Made by a program: the position numbers and the translations under genes
NCBI GenBank assembly: GCA_965219405.1
Contig: OZ244736.1
Span: forward strand, 143,730-207,729
Source: Dehalococcoidia bacterium
Lineage (GTDB): Bacteria; Chloroflexota; Dehalococcoidia; UBA6926
Direction: 5' to 3'
DNA: 64,000 bases
Part shown: in pieces, positions 56,555 to 64,000 of the stretch
How the letters are laid out: the number at the start of each line of letters is the position of its first letter
Position numbering within the stretch: the first letter of the stretch is position 1
The notes under the pieces: generated by a model
Seen by the model: only the letters and a program-made list of their open reading frames with translations
The model's database searches: none
Told to the model about the DNA's origin: nothing

Positions 56555-57487
56555 TCAATCACTTGAAGTGGGCGAGACTCCGTAGTTGGATTCCCACCAG
56601 CTCTCGTCAACTGTAGTCTGTTCAACCATCTCGACTTTGACGCCGAGTCGAAGCTGCTTTAGCCGATCAATCAGTGATTCGCCGTCAACCAAGTCAATGG
56701 GTGGAGCACCGTCGCGGCTTGCCTCTCTTCTTGCATCACTTGAAAACGTGCCTGTAGTGATTATGAGGCCTCTATCTGCGCGCCCTTGCATAGCGCCGCG
56801 AAAATCCCGTACGACACTTGCTCCAACGCTTCCCTCCCAGCGTTTGCACTGAAAGAGTATTGGGAAGCTTATGAGTTCCCCGATACGAATGATGCCGTTG
56901 CCATCGATTCCCCCGTCGCCACTGCGACCGGTAACATTGACATCCGTGAAACCTGACGCACGTAGCATGCGCTGGCACAGACGCTCAAAATTCCCTGGCT
57001 CCATCGTTAGCAGGATTTTGAGTAAATGGTCATGCCACGCGGAGTCATCGCCAGGAGGAGCATCGATCTGAGCGTTGTTTGAGTACTCAGTTGCAGACTC
57101 CCCAGGCTTCACCGATTCTTGCCGCGCACGCCGCTCTTGCCTATAGGTCTCCTGATAGCGTCGCTTTACTTCTTCAGGGTCGACTACTTCAGTTGCCAAG
57201 CCCTCTGCGGTCAACGCCCACACGCCATAAGAATTTGTTTGGGAGACATTTTCCAAATAGCCAGCCCTTGTCAGTTCCAATCGTGCCCAACCAACGCCCT
57301 TCAAGAACTGCGGTTTCCCATCCGAGTACGTGGGTTCCAAGATGCTATCGTCAAAGCCCATTTCTCCAATAATGTCGCTTTCGATTTCAGACGTCGTCGC
57401 ACTCCCACCAAGTTTCTTCACGACCTGCAGAATGGGGTTGTACATCGCGTCTTTATTCGGCATGACAGTATTCGGATTAGTAGTCAT
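56555..57487 (-). CDS. mrr: Mrr-family type IV restriction endonuclease
   Basis: Mrr N-domain (GWAR..L..AGY, GVWALT); FERL, DGGIDG, FQCKRW, VRDFRGAM, ITTGTF, IDLVDG. Confidence 0.93.
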   Translation of the reverse strand: MTTNPNTVMPNKDAMYNPILQVVKKLGGSATTSEIESDIIGEMGFDDSILEPTYSDGKPQFLKGVGWARLELTRAGYLENVSQTNSYGVWALTAEGLATEVVDPEEVKRRYQETYRQERRARQESVKPGESATEYSNNAQIDAPPGDDSAWHDHLLKILLTMEPGNFERLCQRMLRASGFTDVNVTGRSGDGGIDGNGIIRIGELISFPILFQCKRWEGSVGASVVRDFRGAMQGRADRGLIITTGTFSSDARREASRDGAPPIDLVDGESLIDRLKQLRLGVKVEMVEQTTVDESWWESNYGVSPTSSD

Positions 57488-57604
57488 AGTTCATACAGGC
57501 TCCACGTCTCGGAGATATGTGATGGGCGAGAAATGTACTCGCGCATCATCACTAAGCCCTCATCGCCTCCACGGCAAGCCAGGTTTATGGACTGAACTTG
57601 CGCC

Positions 57605-58495
57605 CTACGGCGCCCGGTTCGGACGTGCCATCTGCTCCTGCGCGACCTTGTCCTCCTCGATGAACCGATCGTTCATGTACTGGAATCCGGCGCGCATCCC
57701 CTGCTCCGCCGTCACGCGGTTCACATCCTGCAGGCCGTGCGGCAGATCCTCCGGCGAGGAGGCGTAGGTCACGGAGGTCAGGTGGGACGCGTACTCCATC
57801 GCCTCGAACAGACCCTGGCGATCATAGTAGAAGTTGATCGCCTTCTTGTTCAGTTTCGTCGACGCCGGCGGCAGCTTGGCGATGGTATTAGCCAACTGCC
57901 ACACGTGCTCATCTAGGTCGTCCGCCGGCACAACATCGCTGACCAGACCGTGGCGCAGCGCGTCGTCTGCCGTGATCATGGAGCCCGTGAACGCCATCAG
58001 CTTGGCCTTCTTCATCCCGACTAACTCCGGCCACACCATCGGCATCATCATGCTGGCGTAGCGCACCGGCGGATAGCCGAACAGCGCATTGTCCGCCGCA
58101 ATCGTGATGTCGCAGTGGCACGCCAACTGTCCGCCGCCCGCCAGCGTGAACGAATGCACCTGCGCGATGACCGGCTTGGGATTGCCCCAGATGGAGCGGC
58201 GATACATATTCGCAGGGCCGTCCTCCAGCACAGCGTCCAACGCCGGGCGACCGCCGCCGCGACCCGTTGTCTGCACGTTCATGTCGTAGCCCGCGGAGAA
58301 CCCGCGGCCCGCGCCCTTGATAACGATGCAGCGAACGTCGTCGTCCGTAGCGCCCTCGTTCAGCGCCTGCTCGAGCTCGGCGAGCAGGGGTCGGCTCAGC
58401 GCGTTCAGGCGTTCCGGCCTGTTCAGCGTGATATACGCGACCTTGCCCTCGGCGGCGTCCCTTGTCTCATAGATGATGTTCTCGTAATCGACCAT
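57605..58495 (-). CDS. Enoyl-CoA hydratase/isomerase (crotonase) family protein
   Basis: ITLNRPERLNAL, FSAGYD, PKPVIAQVH, CDITIAA, A...GLV. Confidence 0.92.
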   Translation of the reverse strand: MVDYENIIYETRDAAEGKVAYITLNRPERLNALSRPLLAELEQALNEGATDDDVRCIVIKGAGRGFSAGYDMNVQTTGRGGGRPALDAVLEDGPANMYRRSIWGNPKPVIAQVHSFTLAGGGQLACHCDITIAADNALFGYPPVRYASMMMPMVWPELVGMKKAKLMAFTGSMITADDALRHGLVSDVVPADDLDEHVWQLANTIAKLPPASTKLNKKAINFYYDRQGLFEAMEYASHLTSVTYASSPEDLPHGLQDVNRVTAEQGMRAGFQYMNDRFIEEDKVAQEQMARPNRAP

Positions 58496-58647
58496 CGTTC
58501 TTCCCTCCCCGGATTCCCTTTGGACAACCGCGAACGCCGTCCATTCGCTCCAGCAGCCAAAAGTGCCTGTGCTGAACAACGCGAGTGTGGACGCCACGCC
58601 GCTAACGTGTCAAGCGCCACGCCCCATATACTCATACATAGGCCGCT

Positions 58648-59361
58648 ATGCTCTTCTTTCTCATTGACCTCATTCGACAGGACCCCGGCGCTGCCCTTCG
58701 CGTCGCGCCGTTCATCATCACCGCGCTCGGCGCGGGGCTGCTCATTGCCCTCAGCGTCCACGAATTCGGTCATGCGTGGGTTGCCAGCCGACTCGGCGAT
58801 CAGACGGCGCGTGAGATGGGACGTGTCACGCTCAACCCCTTGAAACACCTTGATCCGGCGGGAACGTTCATGTTCCTCGTCGTCGGTTTCGGATGGGGCA
58901 GGCCGGTGCCAGTCAACTCCTCCATGCTGCGCGGGGGGCGGCGCTCGGTTTCGTATGTGAGTTTCGCGGGGCCCGGATCAAACTTCATCACCGCCGCCGC
59001 CTTTGGCATCCTGATGCGGCTCTATAGTGTGGACCCCACCACCGGCATCATCCTGTCCAATCCCGATCTTTCTATTGGCGCGTGGCTCGGCACGGCGCTA
59101 ACCTACATCGTCGTCTATAACCTCTTGCTGGGCATTTTCAACCTGATTCCCCTTTCCCCGTTAGACGGCTCTCAGGTCGCGTTCGGCATCGCGCCGCGGG
59201 AAATCGCGCGGCAGATGCTCCGATTCCAGCCGTATGCCCCTACCGTCCTCTTTGGAATAATTGGCATTGACCTTATCCTGAATGTAGGAATCCTCCGCAG
59301 CATCCTCATCCCGCCCGTCCAAATCATTGGGCGGCTGCTGATAGGACAGGACCTGTTGTAG
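58648..59361 (+). CDS. Site-2 protease (M50 family)
   Basis: HEFGH, GD.TA..GR.TLNP..HLD, FGW.RPV, AGP, FNLIPLSPLDG. Confidence 0.93.
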   Translation: MLFFLIDLIRQDPGAALRVAPFIITALGAGLLIALSVHEFGHAWVASRLGDQTAREMGRVTLNPLKHLDPAGTFMFLVVGFGWGRPVPVNSSMLRGGRRSVSYVSFAGPGSNFITAAAFGILMRLYSVDPTTGIILSNPDLSIGAWLGTALTYIVVYNLLLGIFNLIPLSPLDGSQVAFGIAPREIARQMLRFQPYAPTVLFGIIGIDLILNVGILRSILIPPVQIIGRLLIGQDLL

Positions 59362-59387
59362 GAGCGCGATACGCGGGAGGACACGTT

Positions 59388-60377
59388 ATGGCGTCGCAGC
59401 CACATCGCATAGCAATCATTGGATTGGGTCAGATCGGCGCGTCCATTGGCATGGACATGCGTGGATCATTCAAGGGCGTGGACATCATCGGCCACGACAA
59501 GGATCCGGAGACCGCCGGCCTGGCGCGTAGGCGGGGCGCGGTGGACGAGGTCGCCTACACACTCCCCGGCGCCGTTGAAGACGCCGCCATCGTCATCGTC
59601 GCTGTGCCTGTCACCGCCGTCCGCGAGGTATTCACCGTCATCAGCCCCAACCTCTCCGACGGCGCAATCGTCACAGACACGGCGTCCACCAAGATGACCG
59701 TCCTGCAGTGGGCGGAGGAAATCCTGCCCAAGAGCGTCGACTTCGTCGGCGGCCACCCCATGGCCGGCGTCGAGACTCCCGGAGTTGAGGGGGCGCAGTC
59801 CGGCATATTCCAGGGCGCGACGTGGGCGGTCATCCCACTCCCGCGCACCCAATCCAAGTCCATAGACACCATCGTCAATCTCGTCAAGACGCTTGGAGGC
59901 GAGCCATATTTCGCCGACTCTGTTGAGCATGACAGCCTCGTTGCAGCAATCAGCCACCTGCCCATCGCGCTGTCCATCAACCTCATGCGAACTGCCACTT
60001 CCTCCCCAAGTTGGCGGGAGATGGCACGCATGGCTGCGGGCAGCTTCCGCGATGTCTCACGGCTCGCTTCCGGCTCCGTAGAGATGCACCACTCCATCTT
60101 CGCCACCAACAAGGATTTCATCCTCCACTGGATCGACACCTACGTCGAACAACTACAGGAGATGCGAAAGCTTGTGGACGAGGGCGGTGACGCCTTGCAA
60201 GAGGCTCTGCAGGAGGCGTACAACGCCCGCGACGCGTGGCTCCGTGGCCGCGTCAACGAGACGGAGCAGGACCGACTCTACGACGAAGTACCGACGGCGA
60301 GTGAGAGCGCCCTTGGCGTGTTTGGCGGTGAGCGCCTCGCACGCATTGCCAGCCGATTCCGACGCGGCCGCCGCTAG
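59388..60377 (+). CDS. tyrA: Prephenate/arogenate dehydrogenase
   Basis: IIGLGQIGAS, TDTASTK, GGHPMAG, EHD..VAAISHLP, FRDVSRLA. Confidence 0.92.
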   Translation: MASQPHRIAIIGLGQIGASIGMDMRGSFKGVDIIGHDKDPETAGLARRRGAVDEVAYTLPGAVEDAAIVIVAVPVTAVREVFTVISPNLSDGAIVTDTASTKMTVLQWAEEILPKSVDFVGGHPMAGVETPGVEGAQSGIFQGATWAVIPLPRTQSKSIDTIVNLVKTLGGEPYFADSVEHDSLVAAISHLPIALSINLMRTATSSPSWREMARMAAGSFRDVSRLASGSVEMHHSIFATNKDFILHWIDTYVEQLQEMRKLVDEGGDALQEALQEAYNARDAWLRGRVNETEQDRLYDEVPTASESALGVFGGERLARIASRFRRGRR

Positions 60378-60386
60378 AAAGGGCAC

Positions 60387-61697
60387 ATGACCATGAGCAT
60401 CGTCCGCCTGACGGCCCCGCCCACGCTGCGCCTCGACATTGAGTCGCCGGGTGACAAGTCCATCGGCCACCGTTCTCTCATCCTGAACGCCGCCGCCAAA
60501 GGTGAGGCCATCGTCACGCGATTTCCACGCGGCGCGGACACTCTCGCAACTTTGGCAATCGTCCGCGCGTTGGGAGTTCGCGTCACGGAGATTGAGCGCT
60601 CAGCGGATGGCCACTCATCCACACTCCGCGTCCGATCAAACGGCATTCATGGCCTCAACGAGCCTGATCGCATCCTCAATGCCCGCAACAGCGGCACGAC
60701 AATGCGCCTCATGTTGGGTCTCCTCGCCGCCGCTCCCCTGACCGCCGTCATGACCGGAGATGGTTCTTTGCGCAAGAGGCCGATGGGCCGTGTCGTTGAA
60801 CCACTCCGCGCAATGGGTGCGCAGATCTGGGGCCGGAAGGATGGCGCGCTTGCCCCTCTAACGATCCGCGGCGCCGATCTGGCAGGCTTCACCTACGAGA
60901 TGCCCGTCGCTAGTGCACAACTCAAGTCCGCGCTACTCATCGCGGGAGTATCCGCCTCCGGTAAAACGACCGTCATCGAACCCGCTCCGTCCCGCGACCA
61001 CACGGAGCGCATGGTGTCCGCCATGGGCGCGCGCATCAGGAGCGAGGCGGGAGTTATCGAAATCGAACAATCTGAAATGATCACCTCGGATGTCGTCGTG
61101 CCCGGAGACATCAGTTCCGCCGCGCCGTGGCTCGTCGCGGGCCTCGTTCATCCGAATGCCCGAATCACCATCCGCGCCGTCGGCATCAATCCGACCCGCA
61201 CCGGAATCCTCGACGTGCTGCGTGAGATGGGCGCGAATATGACCATTTCCAACGAACAGGAAGTTGGCGGCGAACCCATCGCTGACATCACGGTCGAATC
61301 AAGTGATCTGCGCCCTGTTGAGGTGGGCGGGGCGATCATTCCACGCTTGATCGACGAACTCCCGGTACTAAGCGTCGCCGCCATGCACGCCAACGGCGTC
61401 AGCCGATTTCGAGACGCAGCAGAACTCCGCGTCAAGGAGACAGACCGCATCGCCACCACGTCCGGAGAGCTCGGAAAGATGGGAGCACGGGTTGAGGAAA
61501 TGCCGGACGGAATGGTAATCTACGGCGGTCAACGACTCGGGGGGGCGGTCGTTCACAGCCATGGGGATCACCGGCTCGCTATGACGACAGCAGTCGCGGC
61601 GATGGCGGCCCATGGTGAAACGGTCATCGAGGGGGCAGATGCGGTGGACGTGTCATACCCCGCATTCTTTGAGGAGTTGGGTACTGCCGTTTCGTAG
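60387..61697 (+). CDS. aroA: 3-phosphoshikimate 1-carboxyvinyltransferase (class II)
   Basis: PGDKSI.HR, NSGTTMRL, ASAQLKSA, RDHTERM, PGDISSA, ELRVKETDRI, DHRLAM. Confidence 0.97.
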   Translation: MTMSIVRLTAPPTLRLDIESPGDKSIGHRSLILNAAAKGEAIVTRFPRGADTLATLAIVRALGVRVTEIERSADGHSSTLRVRSNGIHGLNEPDRILNARNSGTTMRLMLGLLAAAPLTAVMTGDGSLRKRPMGRVVEPLRAMGAQIWGRKDGALAPLTIRGADLAGFTYEMPVASAQLKSALLIAGVSASGKTTVIEPAPSRDHTERMVSAMGARIRSEAGVIEIEQSEMITSDVVVPGDISSAAPWLVAGLVHPNARITIRAVGINPTRTGILDVLREMGANMTISNEQEVGGEPIADITVESSDLRPVEVGGAIIPRLIDELPVLSVAAMHANGVSRFRDAAELRVKETDRIATTSGELGKMGARVEEMPDGMVIYGGQRLGGAVVHSHGDHRLAMTTAVAAMAAHGETVIEGADAVDVSYPAFFEELGTAVS

Positions 61698-61766
61698 TCC
61701 CGCGTCCCACGAGTTACCGTTAGATTGCAGATCCTCTCTTTTGAGGAGAGGGTGAGGGGGAACCAA

Positions 61767-62048
61767 GTGCTAGGTCCGGAGGTACTCCATATTGGCTTTG
61801 GCAATCACGTCATCATGAACCGTGTCATCGCAATAGTCTCTCCGGGCTCCGCGCCCACTCGCCGACTCATCCAGGAATCACGCAGCCGCAACGCCGTCAT
61901 TGACATGACCAACGGGCGGCGTACCAAGGCTGTGCTCATCACGGACAGCGGCCACGTCGTGCTCGCCCCCATCAACCCGGAGACCGTTGCCGGCCGCGTC
62001 TCTAACACCAAGGGCGGCAATCAGAACGGCGCATACGAGGATCAGTAG
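61767..62048 (+). CDS. remA: RemA/DUF370 family protein
   Basis: [37 protein letters not shown]; upstream of gmk. Confidence 0.92.
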   Translation: MLGPEVLHIGFGNHVIMNRVIAIVSPGSAPTRRLIQESRSRNAVIDMTNGRRTKAVLITDSGHVVLAPINPETVAGRVSNTKGGNQNGAYEDQ

Positions 62049-62069
62049 AGGCCACAGGCTTCCCTTCCC

Positions 62070-62654
62070 ATGATCGTCGTCCGGTCGGGACCGTCCGCAT
62101 CCGGCAAGGACGCCGTTGCTGATCGCATCCTGAGCGAACACGCCGACCGCATTTCACCTGCAATCACCGCAACCACCCGTCCGCCACGACCAGGAGAGCT
62201 CAACGGTGTTCACTATCACTTCCTGACGGCGGATGCATTCGCGGAACTGGAAGAGTCAGGCCGGTTGCTGGAGTCGGCGACCGTGTACGGCTTTCGATAC
62301 GGTGTTCCTCGTGAATCCGTTCGCGCCGCGTTGGACAGAACGCCGATAGCCCTGGTCAAGACGGACGTGCAGGGCGCAGCCTCCATCAAGGCCCTGCTAC
62401 CACAGGCGCTGCTTCTCTTCATCACTGTTCCCGATTTCGCCACGCTTGAGCGCCGGATGTGGGCTCGTGGAGGCATGGATCAGGAGACGATGGAACGTCG
62501 CCTGCAAGAGGCACGCAATGAAATAGAACGGCGAAATGAGTTCGACTACGTCGTCGTGAACGAGGATGGCCGCCTGGACGAGGCCGTCAAGGAGACGTGG
62601 GAGATCATCGAGCGGGAGGCCGCACGCCCTGAAAGGCGGCCTGTGGGGCTCTAG
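62070..62654 (+). CDS. gmk: Guanylate kinase
   Basis: SGPSASGK, TTRPPRPGE.NGVHYHF, YG.RYG, DVQGA, FDYVVVN. Confidence 0.95.
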   Translation: MIVVRSGPSASGKDAVADRILSEHADRISPAITATTRPPRPGELNGVHYHFLTADAFAELEESGRLLESATVYGFRYGVPRESVRAALDRTPIALVKTDVQGAASIKALLPQALLLFITVPDFATLERRMWARGGMDQETMERRLQEARNEIERRNEFDYVVVNEDGRLDEAVKETWEIIEREAARPERRPVGL

Positions 62655-62672
62655 CGGCGCAGCAACACCGGC

Positions 62673-63440
62673 CTATTCGTCAAAATCGTCGTCATCACCC
62701 TCATCAGGTAGCGCGGTAGCTGTTTCATCCGTTACTGTCGGCACGGTTGCAGACGCACGGCCTCGTCGACGTCTCGATTGCGAGGGCACGGCAAGAATGG
62801 CCTCACGCAGTCCCGCAATTCGGGCAGCGGCGCGAGCATCCGCAATCTCGACAACGACAGCGACAAAGCCTAAATCGCGAAGTTGCTCCATCTCTCCGGC
62901 GCCCCAGTCGACAGACGCTCTTGTCAGCAGAGGGCCGGCCAAACGGCTGGCAGCCGCAGCAACCTCGATGGCTTGCCCGACCGTGAGATCCTTACCTGCG
63001 TCTGCCTCGATGACGTTTCCCTCAAAGGGCAGGCGTTCAAGGGCGCGCAGATGGCGCTCGTCCGTATCAGCAGGCACAATACCGTAATAGCCGATTGAAT
63101 CGTCATTAAGCAGGCGCAGCGGAGTATCGCCTGCCAATACGAACAGGAAATCACAGCCTGCCTCACGCAATACCATATGGGCCTTTTCGGTTAGCGCCTC
63201 GGTTCGTGCACCCCACGGCGTTGAGCCAATGCCGGGTGGGGCCTTGGGTGTTGCGATGGCCGGTATCAGGACAAACTCTGCGCCCGCCTTAATGGCCGCC
63301 TCCACAGACTTCTGTGTCGGCTTTGCGATGGATGCGATGATCGCGAGGGCGGGAATCTGTTCTCGGGAGCCCGCGCTGAATCCCAATGGCCGCGTGGGGC
63401 CCGACGCCGCGCGCTCGAGTCGATCTCGTAATTTACTCAC
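62673..63440 (-). CDS. Conserved-looking hypothetical protein (alpha/beta, acidic tail)
   Basis: GGAGG upstream; 255-aa ORF with S..PLGF N-terminus, AGCDF, L..LRDLG, DDDDFDE tail. Confidence 0.7.
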   Translation of the reverse strand: MSKLRDRLERAASGPTRPLGFSAGSREQIPALAIIASIAKPTQKSVEAAIKAGAEFVLIPAIATPKAPPGIGSTPWGARTEALTEKAHMVLREAGCDFLFVLAGDTPLRLLNDDSIGYYGIVPADTDERHLRALERLPFEGNVIEADAGKDLTVGQAIEVAAAASRLAGPLLTRASVDWGAGEMEQLRDLGFVAVVVEIADARAAARIAGLREAILAVPSQSRRRRGRASATVPTVTDETATALPDEGDDDDFDE

Positions 63441-63506
63441 CTTTGGATTATAGCCTCCATATGCTCATTTCCTTTTCTCGGCACTCTAGTCCCTGTGGTT
63501 CTCCCC

Positions 63507-63578
63507 TCATTCCGGCGAAAGCCGGAATCCATCCGGTCCCGTCACCCCCGCACTCTCCCGTCACCCCCGCGTAGGCGG
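63507..63578. repeat. REP-like GAAA-tetraloop palindrome plus two partial copies
   Basis: TCATTCCGGC-GAAA-GCCGGAATCCA, then GTCACCCCCGC x2; matches the reverse complement of 33556-33579. Confidence 0.7.
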
Positions 63579-63581
63579 CGA

Positions 63582-64000
63582 CTACCACGTCAATTGGTCT
63601 CGGGCCTTTAGCTCGGACGGCAGCAGAGCGGCATAGATGGCATCGTGAGCGGGGGTAGGGACATTGTGACGCCGCCCCAGTCGCGGAACGACGCCAACCT
63701 GCGCTTCTAACTCTGACGGCCTGCCGGACGCAATGTCCCGCTGCATGGATGCGGTTCCATCAACCGGGGCAAGGTCCGCCAATCTCATAGCGCCCTCAAC
63801 GGCATTTGCCTCCAGGACAACGCCCTCCGCGACGGCGACGGCGGCTATCTCCTCCATGCATGCCCCAAGCATCTCCCGTGAACGGGGTACGGACCGGAAT
63901 ACGCCGATGGGGGCACGTGTTACCGCCCCAACGCCTGCTAGCGGCCCCACAAAGAGCAGTTTCTCCCACAACGCCGCGCGAATGTCGACCCGCATAGTGG
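63582..64000 (-). CDS. panE: 2-dehydropantoate 2-reductase, C-terminal part
   Basis: DI...WEKL, E..AVA.AEG, ASMQRDI..GRPSELE, VPTP. Confidence 0.88.
   Translation of the reverse strand, partial: TMRVDIRAALWEKLLFVGPLAGVGAVTRAPIGVFRSVPRSREMLGACMEEIAAVAVAEGVVLEANAVEGAMRLADLAPVDGTASMQRDIASGRPSELEAQVGVVPRLGRRHNVPTPAHDAIYAALLPSELKARDQLTW

Overview
A GC-rich (roughly 60-65% by eye) bacterial chromosome segment. Gene content suggests Chloroflexota, possibly Dehalococcoidia/SAR202-like; this is an inference. Most genes are housekeeping or catabolic: rpiB, two amidohydrolases, a PLP aminotransferase, betaine-type and AapJQMP ABC importers, rnhA, sufCSU, fumC, proBA, recF, guaB, greA, a sirtuin, metH, ppsA, a Gld-like ABC system, prmA, tyrA-aroA-remA-gmk, panE and two tRNA-Ala genes. 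The strongest signal is a two-subunit family-I CoA-transferase. Its A subunit (26009-26857) is interrupted by one in-frame TGA followed by a hairpin with bacterial SECIS geometry, and its B subunit appears to lack the canonical catalytic Glu, so it is a candidate selenocysteine-dependent CoA-transferase. Other points: metH has no canonical start upstream of its first conserved strand; there is an unannotated 44-aa membrane microprotein; guaB has a twin-hairpin leader; a pair of secreted FN3/Calx-beta/metzincin proteins is present; several enzymes show active-site substitutions; mrr and vapBC are embedded in an acyl-CoA catabolic run; and REP-like repeats occur. No CRISPR array, rRNA, integrase or transposase was seen. 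All assignments come from motif recognition, not database searches.
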